Shown: in pieces, positions 19,101 to 30,214 of the stretch | Numbering within the stretch: position 1 is the first letter of the stretch | How the letters are laid out: every line of letters starts with the position of its first letter | NCBI RefSeq assembly: GCF_000012285.1 | Contig: NC_007181.1 | Coordinates: 2,130,001-2,162,000, forward strand | Source of the DNA: Sulfolobus acidocaldarius DSM 639 | GTDB taxonomy: Archaea; Thermoproteota; Thermoprotei_A; Sulfolobales; Sulfolobaceae | Length of the DNA stretch: 32,000 nt | Reading direction: 5' to 3' | Translations under genes and position numbers: made by a program | The notes under the pieces: model-generated | Told to the model about the DNA's origin: nothing | The model's database searches: none | Seen by the model: the letters and a program-made list of their open reading frames with translations, nothing else

Positions 19101-19228
19101 TAGGTATAGAAAATTACGGTGTGGACCCAGATATAGAGGTAGATAATTATCCGCAGGACTATAGGACAGGAAAGGACAGGCAATTAGATAAAGCAATAGA
19201 GATTGCGCTTAAACAAATGAATACCTAA
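16190..19228 (+). CDS. tri: Tricorn protease (S41-family core with N-terminal beta-propellers and a PDZ domain)
   Basis: It appears collinear along its length with my recollection of the Thermoplasma tricorn sequence. Shared segments are PDI..D...F, LPFWKGYRGGTKGELWI, EMQGETKTSHSYE (catalytic His region), GYVHVPDM, IVDVRFNRGGF, NENAGSDGDIFS (catalytic Ser) and TWGGVIGI. An alternative ATG start lies at 16205. Confidence 0.93.
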   Translation: MKGYYMYPDIRNDFVAFTTDDDVWLMSLKDMRPIRVTTDTGVSIKPKISPDGKRIAFTTLWLRSGKQGADVFIVEDGRSKRVTYFNRPTTWVAGWLSDKEIMVITDYHTPFNAWTEAYKVNVNDESYEPLPYGIVSNISIKNETIVIARGYQDLPFWKGYRGGTKGELWISFDAGETFKKFLSLNGIISHPMILNDRVYFLSDHESVSNLYSVDMQGENLLKHTNFSDYYCRNASSDGKRIVFQRAGDIYLFDPQTNNTIKLEIEVFTERKKKRPKFVSTMEYLTDVDVNQNYIGLIVRGKPFIMRPWEGPVVQLGEKQGVKYRELQFLSNEDIAVVDSNENKLLILSKDGKIKQKVEKDFGRIEKIKASPDGKKLLISNNRLELWLYDLESKKEKLIDKSSYGIIREFDWHPTGEWFSYAFPEGFRTQSIKIANVSGNIIRVTSPYAFDFSPSFDPDGKFLYFLSARTLDPSSDKFIFNMSFQRVIKPYLVVLSKAYSPFNQPLEEVKHDKNVDPEGIQYRVIPFPVEEDNYVKISGAKSNKVLLYSQPIRGQLNPQEDTLGKIEIFDIEIKSKEVFAENVRNFVITKDGSKVLLVFKDSIRLVNATTKPDLSTQGIKGGVVDTTRIKVLVDPEKEWRQMLFETWKLMKENYWSAEKLQGWDSVLDKYEKLLDRVSTRYELSDVLKEMQGETKTSHSYETPYDFETAEPLVIGGLGAEFNYDEQRECFKIVKIYSGDPTNEGERSPLKDPGVELNEGDCIYSIDGEKVRKGSINSHFINKDQAILEVLTSDGKNRTVSVRLMKDEKYLMYRHWVEKNREYVHKMSDGKLGYVHVPDMMYQGFAEFFRLFISEFYRQGLIVDVRFNRGGFISGLILQRLLLRREGYDVPRNGERIPFPYLSSPKVIVAVTNENAGSDGDIFSYLFKKYKIGILIGRRTWGGVIGISPRHLLVDKTVVTQPEFAAIFDEVGLGIENYGVDPDIEVDNYPQDYRTGKDRQLDKAIEIALKQMNT

Positions 19229-19250
19229 GGGAAATCGAACAACAATCTCA

Positions 19251-19288
19251 TTTTTATGGATGTTATGTACGTTAGTTTGTATTTTTTT
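19251..19288 (+). terminator. Oligo-T tracts downstream of the tricorn gene (candidate archaeal terminator)
   Basis: A T5 run at 19251..19255 and a T7 run at 19282..19288 lie 23-60 nt after the stop codon. Archaeal termination commonly occurs at oligo-T tracts. Confidence 0.3.
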
Positions 19289-19474
19289 CTTTAAGTTCAA
19301 TTCTTATTCAGTTCATATCAATAAAATTAAGTTAATGTATCTACATACACTCTTATTATTTCCCATTTCACAACAGTAAGTTACTACAAAAGTTTCTCAT
19401 TATTCTAAATTTTTAATTGGATAAAGTTACTATAAATCAAAATATTTAAGAGAAAAAAGCAGATATTATAGTAT

Positions 19475-20302
19475 ATGCTGGAGACTATTGATTTGACAAA
19501 AATTTACGGGGATGGCACTAAGGCGCTGGATAATCTGAACTTCAAAAGTAATGTTAAAGTCCTCTCCGTTTTAGGAAGAAATGGTGCAGGAAAAACAACA
19601 TTGGTACGAATACTTTCGACTCAACTTTTACCTACAAGTGGGACAGCGAGGATAAATGGTTTAGACATAGTTAAGGAAGCCAAAAAAGTAAGAAAATTAA
19701 TTTCGTCCATACCCCAAGAAGCTAGACCTGTTGGTATGTCGTCTCCCTATGAACACTTGTTGATGTACCTCACCGCCAGAGGAATGTCCATCAGTGAAGC
19801 AAGAGAGATATCTAGAAAGACACTTAAAGATATAGGTTTATGGGAGGTAAGAGACAAACCTACTGATGAACTTTCGGGGGGAATGAAAAGGAAAATATTC
19901 GTTGCTATGGCTATAGCTTCAAATGCTGAACTCATTTTCTTAGATGAGCCAACTGTAGGCTTAGATCCTTACTCAAGAACTGAGGTATGGTCAATACTGA
20001 AAGAGGCAGACTCTAAGCTTGTTTTAACGACACATTACATGGAGGAAGCTGAGGAACTCTCTGATGAAATTGTACTAATACATAAAGGGAAACTTATTTC
20101 TAAAGGAACAGTTGAGGATCTCTTGAGCAAGTTCAAGGATAAGGTAAGAGTAGAGGGAACTGGTGAAATAAAAGTTGGTAAGATGAAGATAAGCTACGTA
20201 GATAGAAAAGAGGCTGAAACGTATATAGGGAAATACATAGTTAAACCTATAACGCTAGAGGATCTTTTCATAATCTATGCAGGTGAAGGACTTGAAGATT
20301 AA
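19475..20302 (+). CDS. ABC transporter ATP-binding protein (ABC-2/DrrA-like exporter type)
   Basis: It has Walker [10 protein letters not shown], the LSGGMKRK signature, Walker [14 protein letters not shown] and the H-loop TTHYMEEA. Confidence 0.9.
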   Translation: MLETIDLTKIYGDGTKALDNLNFKSNVKVLSVLGRNGAGKTTLVRILSTQLLPTSGTARINGLDIVKEAKKVRKLISSIPQEARPVGMSSPYEHLLMYLTARGMSISEAREISRKTLKDIGLWEVRDKPTDELSGGMKRKIFVAMAIASNAELIFLDEPTVGLDPYSRTEVWSILKEADSKLVLTTHYMEEAEELSDEIVLIHKGKLISKGTVEDLLSKFKDKVRVEGTGEIKVGKMKISYVDRKEAETYIGKYIVKPITLEDLFIIYAGEGLED

Positions 20303-21026
20303 ATTTATCCTGTCTTTTGCTCTGTTTTATGGAGTAGCCCCTGTAAAAAGAGGAACTATATACGTTGTAACCTATATGATTACTCCATTAGCGGAACTTT
20401 TCCTAATTTATGTTGTAACAAGAGGGGCATTAATCGGATACGCGATAATGGGGGGATTAGTGGCAATTGTTGCAGGAAATGGAATATCTTTTCTTGCAGA
20501 TTTTGCATTTCTAAGGCTAGAGACTAAAATTCAAGATTTGTTAGTAGCCACAGAAGTCACACCCACAGAGTATATTTTGGGGCTAATGCTCTCTAACTTG
20601 ATTTTCTCGATACCAGGGATAGCACTGTATATTGTTTTAGCTGTTTTGTATAGGTTAGTGAACATTCTAAATATACTTCCAATAGTTTTAGTTCTTGTAT
20701 TGTTACTACTAACAACCTCCTCTATAGGCTTCTTAATAGGAAGTTTCATTCCACATATTAGGTACTCCTGGGGACTGGGTTCAATATTGTCCATATTACT
20801 TACAGTCCTACCGCCAGTATTTTACCCATATTTCCTTATACCTAAAACAGCATTTTATGCCATATTTCCAATACCAACTACTTTAGGTGCAATGATCCTA
20901 CAGGACTTAACAGGACTAATACACCTATCTTCAAATGTCTTATACGGTAGTATAGCATTATTAATTGTGGAGACTGTGATATTTTACTACTTGTCAAGAA
21001 GGTTCAGCAGATGGGTTAGTGCTTAA
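20277..21026 (+). CDS. ABC-2 type transporter permease
   Basis: It is a polytopic hydrophobic protein of about 6 TM segments and overlaps the upstream ATPase gene by 26 nt. The start is uncertain. Confidence 0.8.
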   Translation: MQVKDLKIKFILSFALFYGVAPVKRGTIYVVTYMITPLAELFLIYVVTRGALIGYAIMGGLVAIVAGNGISFLADFAFLRLETKIQDLLVATEVTPTEYILGLMLSNLIFSIPGIALYIVLAVLYRLVNILNILPIVLVLVLLLLTTSSIGFLIGSFIPHIRYSWGLGSILSILLTVLPPVFYPYFLIPKTAFYAIFPIPTTLGAMILQDLTGLIHLSSNVLYGSIALLIVETVIFYYLSRRFSRWVSA

Positions 21027-21152
21027 GTGTTTTACCTCATATTTTATGAAAACGTAACCACATATAGGACAACTTTTTGTTATAGTTTTTCCCTCTCGAC
21101 TCACCTTTATTTCAACTACCTTCTTACACTTTGGGCATTCTCTCCTTGCCAT
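20994..21152 (-). CDS. Small zinc-ribbon protein (52 aa), not in the ORF track
   Basis: The hand translation is [52 protein letters not shown], with CPxC-x18-CPxC. The ATG is at 21152..21150 and the TGA at 20996..20994. A TTTATAA box (plus-strand 21178..21184) is centred about 29 nt upstream of the ATG, consistent with a leaderless transcript. Confidence 0.4.
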   Translation of the reverse strand: MARRECPKCKKVVEIKVSREGKTITKSCPICGYVFIKYEVKHLSTNPSAEPS

Positions 21153-21177
21153 GACCACTGAATTATATGGAAATTAC

Positions 21178-21184
21178 TTATAAA
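21178..21184 (-). promoter_or_regulatory. TATA-like box for the small zinc-ribbon ORF
   Basis: The reverse strand reads CTTTATAAG, centred about 29 nt upstream of the ATG at 21152. Confidence 0.3.
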
Positions 21185-21201
21185 GTGTGAGACAGCTACG
21201 C

Positions 21202-21258
<57 letters not shown>

Positions 21259-21304
21259 CAGGGATATATCCTGGGAATCTGATGAAAATATCAGTAGTTG
21301 TGGA

Positions 21305-22135
21305 TTAACTTATCCTTTTTGGGATGTCCCTCCTAGAGAACAAGTAGAGTGAAATAACGAATGGAATTAACGTATAGACAACTATAGATAATACAGCGAC
21401 CCAAGCATTTCCTTGAATAGGGAACATATCTATGAACTGTGTTATGTTAGATAAAGGTGATGATGATAAAAGAATGAAAGGAAGCTGAGTAGACCCCCAG
21501 GATGGTAGATACGTTGCTATACTCTCATAGGAAGTATTATTAGTTAGAAAGCTGATGAATAATAACACGTCTGACACTAGTATACTGCCAATAAGTGTAA
21601 AACTAGAAATTATAAAAGATAGACTGCTTCTTCTCAGAATTTCTCCTACACTAAAAGAGATACAGAAGAAGACTAACGAGGAGAAAATGACCGATATAAT
21701 AGTTATCCAAAAATATTCTAAATATTCCTGAACTCCAAATAATGTATATGAGAGAAAGAGAGATAGTATAACCATCAAAACGTAGATCACGACCAGTAGT
21801 GAGAAAGAACCTAACCACTTCTGGATGTAGAACTGAAGCCTCGTTATGGGTTTTGTCAAAAAGAAGTCCACAGTACCCTGTTCATATTCCTCGGACATAG
21901 AGCCTGAAGCAATAGAAATAGCTAAAAAATGTAGAAGTAAATCCTGGGGTAAAAGCGTACCTATAGCCCATGTGTATGGATAGATGGGGATTAAATAAGT
22001 TCTAACTGTTTGAGAGGGCACAAGATATAATGCCAAGTAGACTGCTATTTCGAATATAAAAGAGATCGTGATAAGTACTATCACCTTTCTCCTCCCTATG
22101 GCTCTTCTCCACTCGTAAAACAAGACATCAAGCAT
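21305..22135 (-). CDS. ABC transporter permease (ABC-2 family, NosY-like topology)
   Basis: It is a hydrophobic protein of about 6 TM segments. Its ATG overlaps the end of the upstream ATPase gene by 8 nt. Confidence 0.8.
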   Translation of the reverse strand: MLDVLFYEWRRAIGRRKVIVLITISFIFEIAVYLALYLVPSQTVRTYLIPIYPYTWAIGTLLPQDLLLHFLAISIASGSMSEEYEQGTVDFFLTKPITRLQFYIQKWLGSFSLLVVIYVLMVILSLFLSYTLFGVQEYLEYFWITIISVIFSSLVFFCISFSVGEILRRSSLSFIISSFTLIGSILVSDVLLFISFLTNNTSYESIATYLPSWGSTQLPFILLSSSPLSNITQFIDMFPIQGNAWVAVLSIVVYTLIPFVISLYLFSRRDIPKRIS

Positions 22136-23012
22136 TACTCACAGCCCTCTCATATGCCCTCTCTATATCATTGTCCAAGTAGAACGATTTAACCCTTACT
22201 CCATTAAGCACTAATTCCTTTAACAAATCCTCTCTCTTATCTTCTCTCAATTTAACATAATACTTCTCGCCATCTGCAGTATACTCCTCCACATAGGAGA
22301 GTTTATCTAAAATTTCCTTTGCGTTATTATCTGCTTCGATTATGACTCTGATTCCTAAAAATTTCTTTATAAGCTCTTCTGTAGATCCTTCAAACATTTT
22401 GTTACCTTTATTTATAAGGATTAACCTATCTGCTATTTTCTTAACTTCCTCCAGATCATGAGAAGTCATTAGTATTAACGTCCCACTTTTCTTAAGCTTA
22501 TTCAGGAGGCTTCTTACATTAAGGTTAAATATGGGGTCTATTCCGATGTTTGGCTCATCCATAATTAGAATTTCAGGATTTCCTAACAGTGCCTCTGCAA
22601 TAGCAATTCTCTGTACCATTCCTTTACTGTACTTGGAAATCTGCTTATCAGCATTTTCCACCATTCCTATTACTCCCAGAAGCTCATCGACCTCGTCTTT
22701 TCTAGCCCCTTTTATGTTTGCTGATAAAAGTAGAACTTGTCTACCTGTAAGAAATGGTGGCAAATTAGGTAATTCTTGAACGTAACCCAGTCTGGAGAAA
22801 ACTGACTTATCCTTAAACGGATCCTTACCAAATATTTCAATCTTTCCTCCACTGGGTCTGATTAAGGCTAAGACTATCCTTACAAAAGTTGTTTTCCCCG
22901 CACCATTAGGTCCCAGTAATGTCACTATTTCGCCTCTTGTAATAGTCAAAGAGAAATTGTTAAGTACTACTCTGTTACCATATTTTTTAGTTATACCCTC
23001 TGAAACTATCAT
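22128..23012 (-). CDS. ABC transporter ATP-binding protein
   Basis: It has Walker A GPNGAGKTT, the signature-like YSKGMVQR, Walker B EILIMDEPNIGIDP and the H-loop TSHDLEE. Confidence 0.9.
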   Translation of the reverse strand: MIVSEGITKKYGNRVVLNNFSLTITRGEIVTLLGPNGAGKTTFVRIVLALIRPSGGKIEIFGKDPFKDKSVFSRLGYVQELPNLPPFLTGRQVLLLSANIKGARKDEVDELLGVIGMVENADKQISKYSKGMVQRIAIAEALLGNPEILIMDEPNIGIDPIFNLNVRSLLNKLKKSGTLILMTSHDLEEVKKIADRLILINKGNKMFEGSTEELIKKFLGIRVIIEADNNAKEILDKLSYVEEYTADGEKYYVKLREDKREDLLKELVLNGVRVKSFYLDNDIERAYERAVSNA

Positions 23013-23086
23013 TAATATAATGTTATAAAGGAGTCAATTTAAATTAGTATCTAAAGCTTTTATTCTTTTGTAATGATGTTTAAATC

Positions 23087-26209
<3,123 letters not shown>

Positions 26210-26304
26210 ATATAAACTTTTGTTAAGTCAATTAAAGCGGTTTAAATCACTATAAACAACATGGTTATACCTACTAGATCTTATTATTACTTAAGTAGTA
26301 GTCA

Positions 26305-26652
26305 CTACAATTTACCAAGTCTACCCTTGTCCTTCAGATCCAAGTACTCGTAAACTAGGGATACAAAATCTTGATCGGGTCTAATCTCCCTCTCTACCAC
26401 ATACATTATTGTTGACAACTCCAATGATGTCAACGCATATAACAACAAATATAGTCCCGTGGGCTTATGTAAAAGAATACACATTCCTCCTCTATATACA
26501 TACAAGGACAGAACTCTCCCCTCAACTTTGTCCACTAAACCTGTATCTGTAGGTTTAATATCTGTAATTTTATCCTCCCAACTTGCCAAAAGTATACTCA
26601 CATCATCGTCTTTTCCCCCCGATAACTTTACAAACTCCTTAATGACCTCCAT
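26305..26652 (-). CDS. Hypothetical protein (115 aa)
   Basis: It is an intact ATG-initiated ORF with no long ORF on the other strand. I recognise no confident motif. Its size and alternating alpha/beta-like pattern are vaguely Roadblock/LC7-like, but that is not supported by any motif. Confidence 0.5.
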   Translation of the reverse strand: MEVIKEFVKLSGGKDDDVSILLASWEDKITDIKPTDTGLVDKVEGRVLSLYVYRGGMCILLHKPTGLYLLLYALTSLELSTIMYVVEREIRPDQDFVSLVYEYLDLKDKGRLGKL

Positions 26653-26686
26653 ATTAGTTATTTATCTTGGTTAGCAAATATATCTT

Positions 26687-27397
26687 GTGAAAGTTGGAGT
26701 AACAGATGAAGGAGAGTTTGTCAAGAGTATTGGGAAATTCTTTGACGAGATAGTAGTATTATCAGCTGGTGATAGAGTAATAAAGGAGAGACCAGACGTT
26801 GTGATACACACTTACGAAATACCTTATGATGAGGCAAATTCCAGCAAAGCCTTAGCGTGGAACATTAATACGTGGCATGCAATAAATATAGCCAGAAGTG
26901 CAAATAAGATTGGAATCACAAACGTATATCTGTCAACGTTTCTACTATTTGACGGTAAAAAAGGGTACTATAGTGAAACTTCTACACCCACACCTCTAAA
27001 CTATTACGGACTAACAAAACTTGTTGGTGAATCGGGAATAATGTCACTGGGTAACTATCTAATCATCAGGCTAGGACTAGTGACATCTTTTAACTACCAC
27101 AGTATAGCCTACTATTTATACAAAGCTTCCCTAAAGAAGAGAATAATTAAGTGTAATACAAATTTCTATGTATCGCCTATAACATTAAATGAAGCGTCTG
27201 AAATCACAGCTGGTCTAATAAAGAAGGGTATCAAAGGAGTAGTGAATGTTGCGGGAAAGAGAAGGAGTATGTTTGAAGTATGTAGGGATATAGGAGAATC
27301 CATGGATGTGGAAGTCATTCCATTTGAAGGTAAGTATTTTGACTTCTCTCTTGACACATGGCTATTAAAGAGCTTGGGCTTCAATCCTAGGAGCTAG
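26687..27397 (+). CDS. Short RmlD-like (dTDP-4-dehydrorhamnose reductase family) SDR-fold protein
   Basis: ERPDVVIHT...NINTWHAINIARSANKIG...YLSTFLLFDG...PLNYYGLTKLVGE aligns with my recollection of the RmlD core, including the S/T and YxxxK catalytic residues. The N-terminal glycine-rich loop is degenerate (MKVGVTDEGEFV). It starts with GTG and is only 236 aa. Confidence 0.7.
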   Translation: MKVGVTDEGEFVKSIGKFFDEIVVLSAGDRVIKERPDVVIHTYEIPYDEANSSKALAWNINTWHAINIARSANKIGITNVYLSTFLLFDGKKGYYSETSTPTPLNYYGLTKLVGESGIMSLGNYLIIRLGLVTSFNYHSIAYYLYKASLKKRIIKCNTNFYVSPITLNEASEITAGLIKKGIKGVVNVAGKRRSMFEVCRDIGESMDVEVIPFEGKYFDFSLDTWLLKSLGFNPRS

Positions 27398-27715
27398 TCT
27401 CTCCTTCTTCAAAGTTATATCAATCTCCGTTACAAAAGTCTGTAGGTAAAAGTCAACTCTTGGAAACTTAACTCTCACTGCATAACTTCTCATCATCTCT
27501 ACGGCATTAAATAAATGCTCAGATTCACCTGTATAGAGGAATTTAGTTATCTCTATACCTAATTTTCTTGGCATTCTAAAGCCACTCTTATAGAGTAACC
27601 TAATTAACAAAACTAGTGATTCACTAGATCTACTCAATAGCTCACTAAAGCTTTTCGATTCACGAATGGAATATACAGCATCAATATACTTATTCTCCAA
27701 TTTTTCTATTCTCAC
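27365..27715 (-). CDS. Hypothetical protein (116 aa)
   Basis: It is a GTG-initiated ORF with no recognisable motif. It overlaps the RmlD-like gene end convergently by 33 nt. Its coding status is uncertain. Confidence 0.4.
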   Translation of the reverse strand: MRIEKLENKYIDAVYSIRESKSFSELLSRSSESLVLLIRLLYKSGFRMPRKLGIEITKFLYTGESEHLFNAVEMMRSYAVRVKFPRVDFYLQTFVTEIDITLKKERLAPRIEAQAL

Positions 27716-27764
27716 ACAGTATAGTCAGCTCGGTTACTTAAATAAGTTTGTCAAATTGGATAGT

Positions 27765-28817
27765 ATGAGTTTAGAACTTCTCCTCAGTAGAGTATTATTC
27801 TATGTAGAGAAAGGTTACCCATTACCTGTAGCGTTTAAAAGAGCCAAAAACTTTGGAGGGTATAGAAAAATAAACTATAATGAAGCTTATGAATTAAGTA
27901 AAAAATTAATATTATCCTATTACTCGTTAACTTTTAAGACCAGAAGAAAAAAAGTAAAAGAATTCCTCAGAGGTAAATACGAGGTTAAATTCCCAGAATG
28001 GATGGAAATACAGTTGAGTAAGATCTATGATGTAAATTCATTAAAATACTGGTTAATGAATAAACAAAAATTTACATGGTTCAGAGTAAATACATTAATA
28101 GCAGACGAGGAGAAGGTGATTAAGAACCTCAATGACAAAGGAGTTGATGTGGAAAAAGATAATGACATTCCCTATGCGTATAAAACTTTAGATAACATAA
28201 CTAACACGACAGAATTTAAGGAAAACAAAATTATTGTACAGGACAAGGCGAGTATGGCAGTGGTAGAGGCACTAAAACCAGAACCCAATGACCATATATT
28301 GGACCTAGCCTCAGCTCCAGGTATAAAGGTCTCACAGATTATGCAACTTACCGAAAATAAGGCAAAACTAATTGTAGCTGATGTGGACAAAGAAAGGCTT
28401 GAGAAGGAAAGGCTACTATTTAAAAAGTTCGGTGTAAATGTTGATAGATTAGAGCTCTTGCTGGTAGACTCTTCATCTCTTGCCATCAAAAGGAAAGTAA
28501 ACAAAGTTCTACTAGATGCGCCATGCTCTTCTTCAGGTGCCATTTGGAATGAACCAACAATTCTCCTGAGACTAACTAGGGAAAAAGTTTTACATTATGC
28601 AGACCAGCAAAGGAAACTATTGAATAATGCGGTTAAACTTGGGGATGAAGTCATTTATGCTACATGTTCAATGTTTATGGAAGAGGGAGAACTTATAGTA
28701 AATGATTATACTACACAGAGACCATTAAGCTTCGGTCTCGATGTCAAAAACGGAGTCAGATTTGTTCCTTATCTTCATGATACAGAAGGGTTCTTCATAA
28801 CTAAATTATCAGTCTGA
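27765..28817 (+). CDS. RsmB/NOP2/Sun-family RNA cytosine-C5 methyltransferase
   Basis: It has SAM motif I DLASAPGIKVSQ, motif IV DAPCSSSG (catalytic Cys) and motif VI YATCSMFMEEGE (second Cys). The ORF-track start (27666) overlaps the divergent ORF. The ATG at 27765 (MSLELLLSRV...) has a TTAAATAA box about 24 nt upstream. Confidence 0.85.
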   Translation: MSLELLLSRVLFYVEKGYPLPVAFKRAKNFGGYRKINYNEAYELSKKLILSYYSLTFKTRRKKVKEFLRGKYEVKFPEWMEIQLSKIYDVNSLKYWLMNKQKFTWFRVNTLIADEEKVIKNLNDKGVDVEKDNDIPYAYKTLDNITNTTEFKENKIIVQDKASMAVVEALKPEPNDHILDLASAPGIKVSQIMQLTENKAKLIVADVDKERLEKERLLFKKFGVNVDRLELLLVDSSSLAIKRKVNKVLLDAPCSSSGAIWNEPTILLRLTREKVLHYADQQRKLLNNAVKLGDEVIYATCSMFMEEGELIVNDYTTQRPLSFGLDVKNGVRFVPYLHDTEGFFITKLSV

Positions 28818-29126
28818 AATCCATTTCCGTAGCTCTTCAAATATTCCTTTCAACTTCACTCCTTTATCCGTTAGCTCATACTTTACTCTAAAAGGTCTAT
28901 CTCCTATGACTTTCCTGTAGACGATACCACTTTCCTCCAGATCCTTTAACGTCTTGGAGAGAGTCTTGGAATTTAATTTAGTTAACCTGATAAGTTCATT
29001 GAAACCTTTCCCTTCGTCAAAAAGATAATAAAGTACAATTAACTTATTTTCACTACCAATAAGTCTTATAGCCTTTATCACTGGACATACTTCGTCAGAC
29101 TTCATATTTACATCTATCTTAATCAT
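28809..29126 (-). CDS. HxlR-type winged-helix transcriptional regulator
   Basis: CPVIKAIRLIGSENKLIVLYYL...GFNELIRLTK-LNSKTLSKTLKDLEESGIVYRKV....PFRVKYELTDKG is the HxlR (DUF24) pattern. An alternative ATG start lies at 29105. Confidence 0.85.
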   Translation of the reverse strand: MIKIDVNMKSDEVCPVIKAIRLIGSENKLIVLYYLFDEGKGFNELIRLTKLNSKTLSKTLKDLEESGIVYRKVIGDRPFRVKYELTDKGVKLKGIFEELRKWISD

Positions 29127-29484
29127 TCATTTAAGCTTATAATACCTATAAGTAAATGTCTTTGCACTAAAGACACTAAACCTTTCAGACTTTTTACACG
29201 CAACGACGTATAAGTTATTTTATACTGTGTAACTAGATTTAGGATTAGTTGAATCTATTAAAATTTTATATTTAGTTATTTTCATATACAATTATTATCA
29301 AAATTCTAATTACTTGTATACATTTGTAAGATTTTATACAATTAGTATTCACTACATTATAAAACCGTAAAACAATAAAACTCTTAAGACTATTTTCTCT
29401 CTTGATAAAATGTAATATGTAGATATAAGTGGAAGATAATAGTTAATTTTATAAGTTTGTAATAGTTTGTATAATAAGATTACC

Positions 29485-29967
29485 ATGATATCACGTTATA
29501 GATATGATAAACGAAGGATCAGAGCACTTTCCGGTGCAATAGTGGCTTTAATTTTGGTAATAGCAGGAGTCATAATAGCTACTGCAGTAGTCCTGTTTGC
29601 GTTTGGTCTGATCCCAGCCATATCTAATCAAGGTAGTGCACAGGTAGTTGGAACTGGTGCTATTGAACAGGCGGGTTCAGGTCAATACAATATAATTATA
29701 ACTGTTAGAAATACAGCCTCTAATTTTAACGTCTCAGTAACTAGCATTAATATAGCTGGTATTAGCTTCACAATAAACAAGATCAATAATATAACTTACA
29801 ATCCTAACAATCCTATGGAACAAGTAGGACCAGGAAAAACAGAGACATTAACCATAACTGCGACCCCCACATCATCAATAGTGTTCTCATCTGGTCAAAC
29901 ATACACAGCTACTGTATACTTCTCTAATGGTCTAGGTGCACCAACAACGCTAATATATCAAGGGTAA
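29485..29967 (+). CDS. Pre-pilin-like protein with an archaeal class III (type IV pilin-like) signal peptide
   Basis: The basic N-terminus MISRYRYDKRRIRA|LSGAIVALILVIAGVIIATAVVLFAFG fits the PibD-type [KR]-[GA]-|-hydrophobic cleavage pattern. The mature part is rich in S, T and N, with sequons NVS and NIT. The ORF-track start (29467) is a TTG, and the ATG at 29485 is preferred. Confidence 0.7.
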   Translation: MISRYRYDKRRIRALSGAIVALILVIAGVIIATAVVLFAFGLIPAISNQGSAQVVGTGAIEQAGSGQYNIIITVRNTASNFNVSVTSINIAGISFTINKINNITYNPNNPMEQVGPGKTETLTITATPTSSIVFSSGQTYTATVYFSNGLGAPTTLIYQG

Positions 29968-29982
29968 AAACATATTTAATAA

Positions 29983-29988
29983 TTTTTT
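29983..29988 (+). terminator. Oligo-T tract downstream of the pilin-like gene
   Basis: A T6 run lies 16 nt after the stop codon. Confidence 0.3.
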
Positions 29989-30070
29989 AGTTCTAAGTTT
30001 TCTCTTCCCTTCGCCCGTTTTACACATTTTGTTAAAACACTTTCTTACGACAGTCCAACAATATTTTTAA

Positions 30071-30161
30071 TGCGGCCGCCGGGATTCGAACCCGGGATTG
30101 CTGGCTCTCCTCCCTGACTGATGGAAGGCCAGCGTCCTAATCCAGACTAGACGACGGCCGC
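30071..30161 (-). tRNA. tRNA-Gly (anticodon UCC) with a 15-nt intron at the canonical 37/38 position
   Basis: The hand-folded cloverleaf is: acceptor GCGGCCG/CGGCCGC, discriminator A, D-arm GUCU...GGAC, anticodon stem CUGGC/GCCAG, loop C-U-UCC-A then intron then A, variable loop CAAUC, and T-arm CCGGG-UUCGAAU-CCCGG. It totals 91 nt, which is 76 nt plus 15 nt of intron. No CCA is encoded. Confidence 0.9.
30107..30121 (-). other. tRNA intron (UCAGUCAGGGAGGAG)
   Basis: Anticodon-loop C32-C35 can pair with intron G10-G13 (GAGG) to form a 4-bp helix. Two 3-nt bulges (C36 A37|U1 and A14 G15|A38) flank it, each with a splice site after its second nucleotide, which is a bulge-helix-bulge geometry. 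The outer helix is minimal. Confidence 0.75.
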
Positions 30162-30214
30162 GAGATAATTAATTGACTTGTAGGTTTAAAAAACTTTTTC
30201 CGTAAAACTTTCTT

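Noticed and set aside
21270-21300. A possible C/D-box sRNA, because CTGATGA occurs at 21278..21284
   Set aside because: There are no properly spaced D', C' or D boxes on either strand. The sequence is better explained as a short inverted repeat (CTGAT-GAAAAT-ATCAG).
27666-27764. The ORF-track N-terminal extension of the RsmB-like methyltransferase
   Set aside because: The extension overlaps the divergent ORF at 27365..27715 and is hydrophobic nonsense (MEYTASIYLFSNFSIL...). The internal ATG at 27765 has a correctly spaced TATA-like box.
29286-29344. Direct repeat ATACAATTA (29286..29294 and 29336..29344) and several TTTGTA(A/T) motifs upstream of the pilin-like gene as regulator binding sites
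   Set aside because: Nine-mers and shorter repeats are expected by chance in a ~340-bp stretch this AT-rich. They are not convincing without binding data.
29968-30214. tRNA-Gly as an integration site of a mobile element carrying the pilin-like or CCG-motif gene
   Set aside because: I found no direct repeat of the tRNA 3' half in the window, no integrase or other mobile-element gene, and no obvious compositional break.
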